A stretch of 64,000 nucleotides of DNA from an uncultured Gemmataceae bacterium (GCA_963750165.1 CAVVPN010000004.1:1056001-1120000); one strand, 5' to 3'. Positions 1 through 15,607 are shown, numbered from the stretch's first letter. Made by a program: numbers and translations. The notes: a model not told the origin generated them from the letters alone.

Positions 1-498
1 GGCACGAAGCGGGTGGCGAAGGCCGTGCTCATCGGCGCGGTCCCCCCGCTGATGCTGAAAACCGCAGCCAACCCCGCCGGCCTACCGATGGAAGCCTTCG
101 ACCAGATCCGCGCCGGCGTCCTGGCCGACCGCGCGCAGTTCTTCAAGGACCTCAGCGCGCCGTTCTACGGCGCCAACCGGCCGGGCGCCCAGGTCTCGCA
201 GGGCCTGCGCGACTCGTTCTGGCTGCAGGGGATGCTGGCCGGTTTCAAGGGCGTGATCGACTGCATCAAGGCCTTCTCCGAGACGGACTTCACCGAGAAC
301 CTGAAGAAGTTCGACGTGCCGACGCTGATCCTGCACGGCGACGACGACCAGATCGTGCCCATCGCCGCGTCGGCGCTGCTCTCCTCGAAGCTCGTCAAGG
401 GCGCCACGCTGAAAATCTATCCGGGCGCTCCGCACGGCCTGTGCTCGACCCACAAGGACCAGGTCAACGCAGACCTGCTCGCGTTCCTCAAGGCGTAG
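1..498 (+). CDS. Alpha/beta hydrolase, non-haem chloroperoxidase-like (5'-partial)
   Basis: C-terminal motifs [14 protein letters not shown] and YPGAPHG; the frame is open to the window edge. Confidence 0.85.
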   Translation, partial: GTKRVAKAVLIGAVPPLMLKTAANPAGLPMEAFDQIRAGVLADRAQFFKDLSAPFYGANRPGAQVSQGLRDSFWLQGMLAGFKGVIDCIKAFSETDFTENLKKFDVPTLILHGDDDQIVPIAASALLSSKLVKGATLKIYPGAPHGLCSTHKDQVNADLLAFLKA

Positions 499-526
499 CC
501 CCAGGCGAAAGGGAGGTTCTCCTGCA

Positions 527-1271
527 ATGCAACAGCTCAAAGGCAAGACGGCGCTGGTGACCGGCGGCTCGCGCGGCATCGGGGCGGCCATCGCCCGCGC
601 TCGCCGCCCAGGGGGCCGATGTCGGCATCAGCTACGTGGCGTCCGCCGACAAGGCGAACGCTCTCGTTGCCGAACTTCAGACCGGGGGCATCCGCGCCGC
701 TGCGTTCAAAGCAGACCAGGCAGACACCGCCCAGGTGGAGGGGCTCGTCAAGGCGGTCACGGACCATTTTGGCCGCCTCGACATCCTGGTCAACAACGCC
801 GGCGTCTTCGTCGGTGCCGCCGTGGGCGATGCCGGCGCCGACCTGGCCGCGCTGGATCGTCAGTACGCCGTTAACCTGTTCTCCGTGGTGACGGCCATTC
901 GGGCCGCCGCGAAGGTGATGGGCGAGAGCGGCCGCATCATTACCATCGGCTCGGGCATTGCGACCCGCGCTTCTTTCCTGGGCACCGCCGACTATGCCGC
1001 CACCAAGGCGGCGGTCGTCGGCTATACGAAGGGGGCGGCGCGCGACCTGGCGGCGCGCAAGATCACCGTGAATGTCCTGCAACCCGGCTCGATCGAGAGC
1101 GACATGAACCCGGCCAGCGGCGCCTTCGCGGAGGCCCAGAAGGCACTGATCGCGTTGGGTCGCTACGGCCGTCCCGAGGAGATCGCCGCCGGGGTGGTGT
1201 TTCTGGCCAGTCCGGAAGCGTCCTACGTCACCGGGACCGTGTTGAACGTGGACGGGGGCTTCGGCGCCTAG
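527..1271 (+). CDS. SDR family oxidoreductase (frameshift near 600)
   Basis: TGGSRGIG in ORF 527; NNAG, YAATK and VDGG in ORF 636. Adding 2 nt in the gcgc run at about 600 gives IARALAAQGADV. Confidence 0.85.
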
Positions 1272-1406
1272 ACGGCACGCGTGACTGCCATTCGTCTTGC
1301 GGTTGCATTGGCGACGCTGCCCTCTCGGTGCCTAACGAACCGGAGGAACATGCGCCAGGGATCTGCCGGCATCACGCGCGCCGAGGCGCTGTGCGGGTCG
1401 GTCTGA

Positions 1407-1455
1407 TCGTCCGAAGTAACCAGGGTGATTTGCGCAATCTTCTCCGGTCCGACAC
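1407..1455. repeat. Dispersed 49-bp repeat family R1, copy A
   Basis: Ungapped match of 43/49 to both 32269-32317 and 40065-40113. Confidence 0.85.
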
Positions 1456-1536
1456 CCCGCCACAGATCTGACGGATACCACCGGCGGGGCGGGCACGACC
1501 ATACGGTGTCCCAAACGGCCCACCATTACTACTACA

Positions 1537-2531
1537 CTACGGCTGCGCCACCGGCGGCGTCTGGTACACCCGAATCTCCGGCGCGTCCATGCCTTGCAGG
1601 CGCGGTACCGCCAGGTAGAGCCGGCCGGTGGTGCTGCTGAATGCGGACGTCTTGCGCGCTGCGGCGTCTCGATCTTGGCGACGACTACATACTTCTCACC
1701 CTTCTTCTCGATCACGACCATGGCGCCGTCACCGCAGGAGGCGTAAAGCCGGCCCCGTTCGGCATCCAGGTGGATGTCATCGATATTGCCGGGGATCTCC
1801 ACGGACGTCAGCTCCTTGCCGGACTTGGCGTCCATGACCACGACCCTCGGCGGTTTGCGGCAGCCGACGAACAGCAGGCCGTCCTTCGCGTCGTAGGCCA
1901 GCGGGCTGGCACCGTCCGCGAGCTTCAGCGGATACGTGGCGATCAGCTGGTGCTTGGCGAGGTCGATGACGGCAACCTGGCTGGGCTTCAGGTTGACGAA
2001 CAGCTTGCCCGCCTGCTGGTCAATGCGGAACCCCTTGGTGGCGCCTGGCAGCTCGACAGTCGCTTTCACTTCGCCCGTCTTCCCATCGAAGGCCGAAATG
2101 GTATTGCCGTGGGCGACGTACACCGCCCGGGTGCCGGAGTGGTAGGCGACGTTGTCGGCCTTGGGCGCCTTCGCCGAGAAAACGGCCTTGTAGTCCTTGC
2201 CGTCAATGCCGTTGCAAACGCCTGCGCCGTTGCCGACGTAGATCATGTCGAGGTCGGGGGCGTAGGCAACCCCGGACACCTTCACCTGGCCGGGGATCTG
2301 CCGGACCAGCTTGCCGCTTTTGAGGTCGACGATGTCGAGGGAATTATTCACCGTGTTGGCGACAAACAGGCGCTGGCCCCCGGCATCGACGGCGAGGTGG
2401 TCGAGCCCGCCGACCGGCCCCTGGAGCGGGACGGTTTGCACGAGTTTGAGCGGGGGGTCGCCCGCCGACGCACGGCCGACAACCAGCAGCAGGGTCGCTA
2501 CCAGGGCGGCGCAGTGGCTGAGACGGTTCAT
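1537..2531 (-). CDS. Secreted YncE-like beta-propeller protein (frameshift near 1653)
   Basis: Signal peptide MNRLSHCAALV...; DHLAVD...RLFVAN repeats. One added base gives the typical end KTSAFSSTTGRLYLAVP...EIRVYQ and a stop at 1537. Confidence 0.75.
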
Positions 2532-2951
2532 CGGTGTCCTTTCGGGTAGTGAATGGCGGCGAAAGCCCGTCACAACATATGGAAGGGAGGATAGCAAGTC
2601 AGGGCGGCGGGCATGGCGAAGATTTGAAGAAGAATCGGCCGCGCTGGGGAGGCTGTTTTATCGGCTTGCAAAGCCACGGGCCGGCCGTTAACCATGTGCG
2701 CACGGCAGGGCACCCACGACGAGACCAATTTCGGGACTGCAGGGGCCGGCTCGGTACACACGCTATCGACGCTTCGCCCTGTGGTCAGCCCATCCGGACG
2801 CAAGACGCGCTTCCGGCGGTTGGCCTGACGCTACCGGGTGGGCTCAAAGACCCACTGGGTTCCTCCGAAAGGTTTCGAATTGGTTCCTACATCTCTCCCC
2901 TTTCCCAGACTGTGCCCGGCGCCAACGCGCGGCGGATCGACCCGCCGACGC

Positions 2952-3025
2952 TGGTTGCGCTGGCCGATGTGACCTCCGCACCCTGGCGACCTCGGCTTAC
3001 GCGCGGAGGTCGAGAGGACCGGAGC
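2952..3025 (+). repeat. Dispersed repeat family R2, copy a
   Basis: 2952-2979 matches 10003-10030 (26/28); 2994-3025 matches the reverse complement of 14987-15018 (29/32). Confidence 0.8.
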
Positions 3026-3087
3026 ACGCCACGTTTCGGCCCTTTCCACGAGAGCCAAGGTGCTTTCCGCGCGGTAGACTGACCGCC

Positions 3088-3627
3088 ATGAGCGACCCAC
3101 AGGCTGCCGACGAGCTCCTGCCGCTAAACTACGACGAGTTGCGCCGCCTCGCCGCCGCGCGGCTTGCCCACGAGGCCCCCGGCCAGACCCTCGACGCCAC
3201 CGCCCTGGTCCACGAAGCCTACCTGCGGCTCGTGGGGCCCGGCGACGCCGACCGCTGGGATAACCGCGTTCATTTCTTTGCCGCGGCCGCCACCGCCATG
3301 CGGCGCATCCTCATCGAGCGCGCCCGCCGCAGGCAGTCCGAGAAGCACGGCGGCGGCCGATACCGGCAGGAGCTAGGCCCGGACCTCGCCGCCGCCCCGG
3401 AGCCGGACACGGACCTGCTTGCGCTAGACGCGGCGCTGGCCAAACTCGCCGAGCGCGACCCGCTCAAGGCCCGGCTGGTCGAGCTGCGCTACTTCGCCGG
3501 GTTAACCGGCGACCAGGCGGCCGAAATCCTGGGCATCTCGCCGAGCACCGCCGACCGCCACTGGGTCTTTGCGCGTGCCTGGCTGCGGCGCGAGATCGTG
3601 GGCGGCACGGCGGCGGAAGAAAAATAG
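3088..3627 (+). CDS. ECF sigma factor, kinase-associated TIGR02999-like
   Basis: YDELRRLAA, TLDATALVHEAYLRL, LVELRYFAGL, ARAWL; directly upstream of a Ser/Thr kinase. Confidence 0.9.
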   Translation: MSDPQAADELLPLNYDELRRLAAARLAHEAPGQTLDATALVHEAYLRLVGPGDADRWDNRVHFFAAAATAMRRILIERARRRQSEKHGGGRYRQELGPDLAAAPEPDTDLLALDAALAKLAERDPLKARLVELRYFAGLTGDQAAEILGISPSTADRHWVFARAWLRREIVGGTAAEEK

Positions 3628-3703
3628 CAAAATAATTGGTGCCGCCGCGGCGGTCCCGTCGCATGATAGGGGGACCATCATTTCCCCTTGCCGCGGGGTC
3701 GCC

Positions 3704-7701
<3,998 letters not shown>

Positions 7702-7705
<4 letters not shown>

Positions 7706-7905
7706 GCGAAGAGACGCTGTTCCAGGAAGCGTTGTCTCGATCCCCTGAAGAGCGTGCCGCCTTCCTGGCGTACGCCTGCGCCGGCCGGCCCGCACTGCTG
7801 GCCGCCGTCGAGGCGCTACTCGCCGCCCACGAGAAGTCCGGCAACATTCTGGATCAGCCGCCGGCCGACCCGGGCCAGGCCGTTGATTCCGACCCGGACC
7901 CGGCC
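7702..7905 (+). pseudogene. N-terminal stub of a second paralogous kinase
   Basis: MSEETLFQEALSRSPEERAAFL...NILDQPP closely copies the 3704 N-terminus, overlaps its stop (ATGA) and has no kinase domain. Confidence 0.8.
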
Positions 7906-8008
7906 CCGTGGCGGTGTTCGGCCAGCGGCCGGTGCGGTCGTGCTGCGCGTCGGCCCAGGCTTGGATTTCCGGGACGGTCAGGGGGACGTTCTGCGGCACG
8001 TCTGACAC
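7900..8008 (-). pseudogene. Fragment of a planctomycete repeat-protein unit (LTxxxIxAWADxxxxRTGxWP)
   Basis: Reads PLTVPEIQAWADAQHDRTGRWPN and abuts the kinase stub; family recognised from memory only. Confidence 0.4.
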
Positions 8009-8023
8009 CCTTTGTGGCTCGCA

Positions 8024-8479
8024 TCACCCCCCGTTAATCACTGGCAACGGTTCGGTGTCGCGGCGGAGGGTGTAGACGGTCCCGGGGTGCTTCTGGCGAG
8101 ACAAGTCGAAGGTCGCTTCGGGGTCCGCCGGCGCGTCCCAAAAACAGATGACCAGGGTGTCCGCGTCGAAGCGGTAGATGCCTTTCCGCCACGTTCCGGT
8201 GAGCGGCGAGTACAGGTCGATCCGCGGCGGGTTGGCGGCCGGATCAATCTTCACGGCCGCCTTGCTGGAGGAGCCCTTGGCGTCGTAATAGTTGAACTGG
8301 CCCTGGTCGATCTCCAGGTTGAACAGCCCCCGGTGCGTGTGCCGGACCCCGTCGCGCGTCTCGATCCGCACGCACGCCCACTTGCCCTGCAAGTGAGCCG
8401 TTTTGTTTCGTTCCTGAGTCCCGGCGCCGCCGGGCAGCAACAGCGTGGCGACGGCCGCCAGAGTAAAAGCCGACCGCAT
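8024..8479 (-). CDS. TIGR03067-like planctomycete secreted domain protein
   Basis: Signal peptide; LQGKW, KIDPAANPPRIDL, GIYRFDADTLVIC motifs. Confidence 0.75.
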   Translation of the reverse strand: MRSAFTLAAVATLLLPGGAGTQERNKTAHLQGKWACVRIETRDGVRHTHRGLFNLEIDQGQFNYYDAKGSSSKAAVKIDPAANPPRIDLYSPLTGTWRKGIYRFDADTLVICFWDAPADPEATFDLSRQKHPGTVYTLRRDTEPLPVINGG

Positions 8480-8573
8480 GGAATCCTTGCCTTTCGTGCT
8501 GAGGGGTGACGAACCGACCCGGATTGTAACGGACCTCGCCGCGGGTCGGAAGGGGAACAGGCGCTCTTCGGCT

Positions 8574-8777
8574 TCAAGCACGCCGCACTGGACTGTGGGC
8601 GGTCGCGCGTACCCAGGCCAGCCGCCACGCCTGCGCCTGTGACGGCGCCGTGACCAGGATGCGGACGTCGGGGCGGTGCGCCTCGACGGTCCAACTGCTG
8701 GAGCCGACGTGCTCGCCCAGCGACCAGCCGGCGCGGTGCAGGTGGTCGCGGCAGTAGTCCACGGTGGTGACAAACAC
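8574..8777 (-). CDS. Small hypothetical protein
   Basis: VDYCRDHLHRAGWSLGE...QAQAWRLA, protein-like; co-oriented 12 nt after the 8790 gene. Confidence 0.55.
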   Translation of the reverse strand: MFVTTVDYCRDHLHRAGWSLGEHVGSSSWTVEAHRPDVRILVTAPSQAQAWRLAWVRATAHSPVRRA

Positions 8778-8789
8778 GGAACCTGATCC

Positions 8790-9305
8790 TCACTCCGTAC
8801 CGGCGTGGATGATCTCCAGGCTGGGCAGGCCCGTGGCGGTATCGCGGCCGAGCGTCAGCCGGCCGTGCCGCTCCTGGAACGCCACCAACTCATCGAGGCC
8901 GCCGATCTCGATCACCCAACGGTAGCCGTCCCCGACGCGCTCCCACCGCGCCCCCGCACAGGGCGGGCGGTCGGCGTGGTGCCCGCCCTGCCCGGAGCGG
9001 TAGACGAGGAACCGCGTCGCCGTGCCCCCGCCTGGGCGCTCCGGCGCCAGCCGCCAGTCGTAAGCCCGCAGCCCGCCGCTGGTCTTGCCCCGCTGCAGGG
9101 CGCCGGCGACCTCGCGGGCCTCGTCCTCGTTGACGGCGCCGGGCGGCTCACAGCCGAAGGCGAAGGGAGTGGGGCTGCCGTCGTCGTCCAGCAGTCGGGT
9201 GAAGCCGGCCCCGCCCGGCGCGGCGACGACGCTGCGCAAGAGCACGCGGCCGACGGGGGCCGCCCCCTCCCCGGCGCCGGCCGGCAACAACAGGACGTGG
9301 ACCAT
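8790..9305 (-). CDS. Hypothetical protein, paralog of 52152-52664
   Basis: About 78% amino-acid identity by manual alignment; GGAGG RBS upstream. Confidence 0.8.
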   Translation of the reverse strand: MVHVLLLPAGAGEGAAPVGRVLLRSVVAAPGGAGFTRLLDDDGSPTPFAFGCEPPGAVNEDEAREVAGALQRGKTSGGLRAYDWRLAPERPGGGTATRFLVYRSGQGGHHADRPPCAGARWERVGDGYRWVIEIGGLDELVAFQERHGRLTLGRDTATGLPSLEIIHAGTE

Positions 9306-9687
9306 TGACCCCTCCGTTTATTCCCGGGCAGTTGCCGGCGGCAGCACCACCACGTCCGGCCCCACCACCTGCTTACACCGGCAGTGCAACTCACAGAGGA
9401 TGCACTTGACGCAGTAGTCGGCGGCGCAGGGGCAGCTGCCGAGGGGCTGCCCCTCCTCGGGGTCGGCGAGTCGCACTTCGCAGCACCATCAGCGGATCAT
9501 TGAACCAAGCCCATGAGAACCAACGGGCCAGGGAGGGCCAGGACAATGCCGCAATAGACAAGGCGGGCCAGCCCTTCCCCATGCCGCGTCGCCCAGTCAC
9601 GGCAGGAGTCCCGAGCCGGCCCAGGAAGAGTAGAACGCGCCAGCGGGGCCACGTCAAGCGCGTCGATCGTGGGCGAGACGCCGCATC

Positions 9688-9990
9688 TCACCTATCGGCC
9701 AGCAGGGCGACCACGGCGAATAGGAACGCCCCCGCCTTGCCGTGGCCGCCCGGGGCGCCGCTCGCGCGCGGCCCGGTGACATTCAGCGTGGAGATGCCGC
9801 CGCCCCCGATCCATTCGGCTGCGGCGCCGGCGTCGGCCTCCCCGCGGAGGTCCACGACCAGGTGCGGCTTGCCCAACCGACGGCACACCTCGACAATCAG
9901 CTTGGTGCCCCCGGTCGGCGCGCCGGCACTGAGAACCAGCGTGGCGTCGCTGACGCGCACATCCCACTTCGCGTCAGGCAGAGAGTACAA
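9688..9990 (-). pseudogene. C-terminal half of a putative molybdenum-carrier (SLOG-like) protein
   Basis: WDVRVSDATL...GGT...KPHLVVD...LNVTGPRAS; N-terminal half absent and replaced near R2 copy b. Confidence 0.6.
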
Positions 9991-10002
9991 CCCGGCTTTC
10001 CG

Positions 10003-10030
10003 TGGCTGCGCTGGCCGATGTGTCCTCCGC
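10003..10030 (+). repeat. Repeat family R2, copy b
   Basis: 26/28 identical to 2952-2979. Confidence 0.75.
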
Positions 10031-10175
10031 GCTTTACACCTTGACGCGAACCTACGCAGGTGTGTGCGACCGACGCGAAATGGTGTTCGCCCACCTGCCA
10101 CCACGGAGCCTGTCTGGCGGAACCGCCCCGGCAGTACCCCCGGCGTGTGGGCCGCGTCTTGGGCCAGAGCGGCGA

Positions 10176-10820
10176 TCACCGGCCGGACGCGGTCGGGTCG
10201 ATGCCGGGCAAGGCGGACAGGATCTCCTTGAGGCGCTTCAGCGCCCGGATGTAACGGTTGCTCGCCGCCGTCTTCGTCAGGCCGAGCACGGCCGCCACCT
10301 CACTGTTGCCCAGTTCCTCGAAGTGCCGCAGGGCCAGCACCTCCCGGTCCAGCGGGTCCATGCCGTTGAGCGCCTCCTGCAGCCGCAACTGCCGCTCGGC
10401 CCGGATGGCGGCCTGGCTCGGGCTGGTGAGTCGGCCCAGGAGCAGGTTGGCCAGCGAATGCGTGCTGGCGGCCGGCGGCCCGCCGCGGCACAGCGACACC
10501 TCCTGGGCGGCGTCGCGCATCTGCGTGCCGAGGTGGTGGCGGTGCAGGATCAGCAGCCGTTCGGCGGTGATGAGCCGCAGCCACAGGTACGCCGGCAGGT
10601 CCGGCTTGTCCGCGAACGTGGCGGCCTTCTTCTGCACGTCGAGGAACGCCTCCTGCAGCACGTCGGAGGCGTCGAGCCGGCCCTGCAACCGGCGGTCGAG
10701 GCGCAGCCGCACCATCCGCTTGAGGCGGTCCCGGCAGATGACGAACAGCTCCCCCGCCGCGGCCACGTCGCCGGCGCGGAGGCGGTTCAGCAGAGTATCG
10801 AGGTCAGCAGCATCCGCCAT
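10176..10820 (-). CDS. ECF sigma factor, planctomycete TIGR02984-like
   Basis: RLDRRLQGRLDASDVLQE, TSPSQAA, DREVLALRHFEEL, RALKRL. Confidence 0.9.
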   Translation of the reverse strand: MADAADLDTLLNRLRAGDVAAAGELFVICRDRLKRMVRLRLDRRLQGRLDASDVLQEAFLDVQKKAATFADKPDLPAYLWLRLITAERLLILHRHHLGTQMRDAAQEVSLCRGGPPAASTHSLANLLLGRLTSPSQAAIRAERQLRLQEALNGMDPLDREVLALRHFEELGNSEVAAVLGLTKTAASNRYIRALKRLKEILSALPGIDPTASGR

Positions 10821-10831
10821 GTCTGTCCCTG

Positions 10832-13800
10832 TCATTTGCCATCGGCCGGCAAGCCCTTCCATCTTCGGAACACGCTCCGGTAGTGATCCAGGTTCTTCTT
10901 GAACGTGAAGGGATCGACGAACTCCATGCCGTCGGTTTCGTCGATCCGTTGTCCGGTAAGGAAGCGCACCAGCGAACCAACGTCCTCGAAGGGGAAGTCG
11001 CAGCGTGGGAGCCGAATCGTGAGGGGTGGTTGTCCGTTGAAGGCCGCGTTCACCGACTGCCCGGACCTGTCGAACCACAGGTGATTCGGACTGTCGCCAA
11101 GTGGGATGGTGAGCAGGCGCTCCCCACGTTCCGCGTCCCACACGTGCAAGCCTTTGATCGAGTCGTCATACATGACCAACCGCCGACCGTCCGGGCTTAC
11201 CCCCGCGCTCGCAATTTTGAACGGTTGCCGTATCCCCGGTCCTACCGGAGTACCGTTCTCGGCGTCGTGGACCCGGGCCTGAGTGTCTGAGGTGTACACC
11301 AAAATCCTTCGTCCATCGTCGGAGAACGCGAACGCCGCGGTGATCCCGCCGAACCGCCGGTGGTGGTGAACGACATTTCCTGCATCGACATCCCACACGG
11401 TGAGCGTGCCGCACGACTCGATGAGGACGGCAAGCCGGCGGCCGTCCGGTGACAGGATCGCTTCCCGAACTTCGCCGAACTGTGTCGCCGGCCCAAACAC
11501 CAGGGGGCCGGGGTCCTGGTGTCGGGCCGGGCCGAAAACGCGACGGCCGGACACCAGGTCCCAGACCGAAAGGGTTTTGTGGTCATCCCAGCAGACGACC
11601 CGGGTGCCGTTTCGGGATAGCCTGGGCCGCCCGCCAAGGTCAAACGAGCCCAAGGGGGGGTCGCCACGGCCGTCACTTCCGGCCCAACTGGGGTTACGGT
11701 GTCCGAGTGCCACGCGCGCACGACCCCGCTTCCCGCGACGACGAACCGCGAGCCGTCGTCACAAAAGCGGCAATCGACCACCGAGCCAGGGTGAGGGATC
11801 GACCTCGGCTGGCCGTTCGGCCCGGAGAAATACACCGCTTTTCCGCCCTTGGTCCATTCCACACGCTGCCGACCGTCCGGGCTGTAAACCTGGTTGGTCA
11901 ATCCCTTGTTTGAAACCCAGCGGACGACGTTCGCCCGTCCGCAGTCGCGCCGGTACGGGCGGACGTTGGGCTTACGTGGCCCGGTCGCCCAGACCCGTAC
12001 GGTGCCGTCCTGGCTGGACGCCAGGTACCGCGAGCCGTCCCGACTGAACGCGAGCGCGCTGCAGAAGTCTCCGCACTTTTGCAGCGGCCCGACGGGCCTT
12101 CCCGTAGCCGCATCCCAGAGATGGACCAGACCCCCGCTGCTTGACGTGAGGAGCCACTTGCCGTCCAGGCTGACTCCACCATACGCGGCGTGCCGCGGGT
12201 GTTTCAGCGCGTGGACGACCTTGCCGTCGGTTAGCCCGAGGACGACCACGTCGTTTGTTTGTCCGTTCACAAGCACCCGGTCGGACCCGGGAATAAAACG
12301 GGCCTGGGAGATACGGAACGGCAGCGGGATCCTCCGCACGGGATTCGTGACGCCGCCGGCCCACAGGTACAAATTTTTATCCTTGAAACTCAGCACCGCC
12401 CGTCCGTCCGGGCTGAACCGGGGCCGGCGGTCGTTGTTAAACTGATAGCGTTGGACGTCGGTGGGGGCGGCGTGCGGCAGCGGCGGGGACACGGCCTTGA
12501 GGGTATCCGTCTCCCACACGCGAACGAAGTTATCCCTGCCGGCGGTGACCAGCCGTCAGGCGAAAAGGCAAGAGAATCCAGCACACTTTCGACCGGCAAC
12601 CGCCAGTCGAGCGGCGTCCCGTCGGCCGCGGACCACATGCGCACGGTCCTGTCCTCGGCGGCGGTAACGATTCGGTCGCCATCCGGGTGGAACTCCACCC
12701 AGGTGAGCGGGCCGTCGTGTTTCAGAGTGTACCGCCTGGCCCCGGTCGCGGCGTCCCAGACGCAGGCGCTGCCGTCGGCCGAGGCCGTGGCCACCGACTT
12801 GCCGTCCGGACTGTAACAGACGTGCCGGACCCGCCCCGCGTGCGCCAGCGGCGGGGTGGTCAACCGCGCTTGCTCGTAGTCCCAAAGGTAGGCCTCGTTG
12901 CCGTCGGTTCGAGTCAGCACCCGCCGGCCGTCGGGGGAAAAGACGGCGTCACACACTCGGGTAGTGTGGAAGCAAGCCCCGAGCATCTCGGGCATCTCGG
13001 CCAGCACGCCGGCGATCCGCGCCCGGTGAATGTCGTCGGCGGCCCGGTCGGTGCGATCCTGCTCCCAGGCCCGGTGGAACCAGAGGAGGGCCGCGGAGGC
13101 GTCGCCGGCATCCTGGTATCTCGTCCCGGTCAGGACGTAGAGGCGGATCAGTCGTTTCCGCGATTCCTCGGCCGACTGCTGGGCGGCTATCTGGGAAGCG
13201 GTGGCCTGAGCGCTGGCGGCGTTGGCTGCACCCGTGGCTGCTTCCGCGTCACTTCGAGCTTTGTTTGCCTCGCGCTCCCGGGCGACCGCCCGGTCCCGCT
13301 CGTGGTCCGCCCGGATGGCGAAGAACGACGCCACCGCGGCCCCGGCGGCGAACACCAGCAGCACCGTGGTCAACAGCGCCGCCACGGTCGGGTTGCGCCG
13401 GCACCAGCGCCACGCCACCTCCAGGTTGCCGGCACGTCGCGCCCGGATCGGCCGGTCCTGCAGGAAGCGGCGCAGGTCCTCCGCGAACTCCGCCGCCGAC
13501 TGGTAGCGCTGCGCCGGGTCGCGGGCGATGGCCTTGAGCACGACGGTTTCCAGGTCGCGCGGCACCGCCGGGTTGAGCGCCCGCGGCCGCGGCGGGTTGG
13601 CGGCCAGCACCTTTTCCACCAGGCGGGCGCGGTTGTCCGCCGCGAAGGCGGGCCGCAGCGTCAGCAACTCGTACAGGGTCAGCCCCAGCGCGTACAGGTC
13701 GGCGCGGTGGTCGCCCTGGCCGTCGAAGCGCTCGGGGGCCAGGTAGCGCAGGGTGCCGACCACGTCGCCGGCGTGCGTGAGGTCGTCGGCGTCGGCGGCC

Positions 13801-14657
13801 TTGGCCAGGCCGAAGTCGGTGATCCAGGCGGTGCCGCGCAGGTCGAGCAGCAGGTTGGCGGGTTTGATGTCGCGGTGCAGGATGCCCTGGGCATGGGCGT
13901 ACGTCAGGCCGTCCGCCGCCTGGGCGCCGATGCGTGCCACTGCTTCCCAGTAATGCCGGCCGCCCTCGGACAGGCTGCCCGACAGGGCCGGCGATGACTG
14001 GGCGCGGGGCCGCTGGCGGAGGGCGGGCCGCCGTGGCCGTCGCGCGAACGACCCGGACACCAGGGCCTCGGCCAACTCGGACACGGGCCGCGGCGCCGCC
14101 CCGGCCGCCGACTTCTCTTTGAGCCGGCGGACCTCGTCGATGACCGCGTCGAGCGGGTGGCCGTTGATGAACTGCATGGCGTAGAAATGCCGGCCGTCGG
14201 CCTCGCCGGTGCCGAAGACCGGGACGATGTTCGTGTGGTGCAGCCGGGCCGCCGCCCTGGCCTCGCGGCGGAAGCGCTCCAGGCGGCGGGGGTCGGCCAG
14301 GTGCTCGGCCGGCAGCAGTTTCAGGGCGACGTGCCGGCCCAGCGACTCCTGCACCGCCTCGTAGACGACGCCCATGCCGCCGCGGCCGATGTCGCGCAGG
14401 ATGCGGAACTCGCCGACGCGGACGGGGTCCGCGGGCGTCGGGGCGGGGTCGAAGTCGTCGGTGGGGTCGGCGAGGTCGGGCTTGAGCTGTTACATCTCGA
14501 CGAGGGCGGGGAACAGGTCGCGGATTTCCTCGGCGCGGTCGGGCAGCCGCCGGACGTACTCGGTCAGCGACGGCCGCTGGCCGGCGCGGTAGCGGGCGAC
14601 GAACTCCTCGGCGAGGCGGTCCAGCGGGTCTCGGTCGGCGGATGAGTCGGACATCAT
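10832..14657 (-). pseudogene. Ser/Thr kinase with TM and WD40 repeats, disrupted
   Basis: GRGGMG, HRDIKPAN, DFG, APE and WD40 repeats. In-frame TAA at 14490-14492 plus frameshifts near 12560 and 11712. Confidence 0.8.
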
Positions 14658-14986
14658 CAAGCTCCCGGAGGGCGAATTAAGATTGTACCTGCGCGCGGCT
14701 TGTCCCTGTCCACCGAAAAAAATGGCAGGGCCGGCTGCGGACCAGGAGTTGCTCCCCTCCGGTGGGGGTGCCGTAGCCGAGGGTCGCGGCTTGATCCGCA
14801 CCGCGCCTGCGACCTGGGCAGGCGCTTCTGGCTTTCTCGTCAGCGCAGGACGACCGTGACAGTTCCAGGATGGTCCGGGGGCCCTGCGCCCGCGGGCAAC
14901 AAGGCGTTCGACATCCAGGGGGCTGGATTTCAGGAGGCCGGTCGCCGGGGTTGACCAGTGTGCCTCACTGCTGGGGCCCGTACAGC

Positions 14987-15018
14987 GCTCCGGTCCTCTC
15001 GACATACGCGCGCAAGCC
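14987..15018 (-). repeat. Repeat family R2, copy c (inverted)
   Basis: Reverse complement is 29/32 identical to 2994-3025. Confidence 0.8.
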
Positions 15019-15219
15019 TATGTGCCCAGTGCGCTCCGGGCTGACACACCGCCTTCAGCGGTTGCCTTTGGCCCTTTCGCGGCTCGATCAGATTCAAAGC
15101 CGCTACCACCCGCTCTTATCTAAACGGATGTCATCCTCGGCCCGTGAACACGTACCGAATAACCGCTTCGTCAAGTCAGCGCCAGCCATTTGTGTCCCAG
15201 GGGCCGCCGCGCCTGTGGA

Positions 15220-15282
15220 GCAAGGGCGCCGCTTCTCGACGTGTGAAAAAGATGGCCCCCTTGGCCTCCTTGGCCCCCTTGC
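15220..15282 (+). repeat. R3 terminal motif, copy 1 (GCAAGGGCGCC...(TTGGCNNCC)3-TTGC)
   Basis: 63 bp, 54/63 identical to 22440-22502; ends form a 10/11-bp inverted repeat. Confidence 0.85.
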
Positions 15283-15318
15283 TCTGCAAAGCGACGCCAC
15301 CCAGCGAACCCCAGTGCC

Positions 15319-15335
15319 TCGGCACGCGAATTGCA
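15319..15335 (+). promoter_or_regulatory. Sigma-54 (-24/-12) promoter candidate
   Basis: TCGGCACGCGAATTGCA fits GGCACG-N4-TTGC (GG-N10-GC), about 50 nt upstream of ORF 15383. Confidence 0.6.
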
Positions 15336-15382
15336 TCAACGTATATTGATGCCCGAAACAATCGCCGGAAGGAGAGAGAGCC

Positions 15383-15607
15383 ATGCGACAGGTCAAGAAC
15401 AACCAGGTCGTTGAGGAACCGATGTCCTCGACCACCGACCGCAAGGACAAGACCGACCAGGCGGGCCAGGACGCGACCCGTAGCGTCGGCAAGACGCAGC
15501 CGAACCAGCAGAATCAAAACTCCTCGCCGGACGAAGCCGTCAACGAGCAACAGCAGAAGCAATCGAAGCCGGGCCACACCCACGGCCAGGGCTGCGGTTG
15601 CGGCTGA
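15383..15607 (+). CDS. Small hydrophilic protein ending HTHGQGCGCG
   Basis: AGGAG RBS; possible alternative start near 15422. Confidence 0.5.
   Translation: MRQVKNNQVVEEPMSSTTDRKDKTDQAGQDATRSVGKTQPNQQNQNSSPDEAVNEQQQKQSKPGHTHGQGCGCG

Noticed and set aside
2665..2674. Left target duplication for R3 copy 1
   Set aside because: Only 8/10 identity across a 12-kb search space; not distinguishable from chance, so no element was called.
2971..3049. R2 stems as group II intron domains V and VI
   Set aside because: No AGC/CGC catalytic triad or D5 bulge, and the stems are not conserved in copy c.
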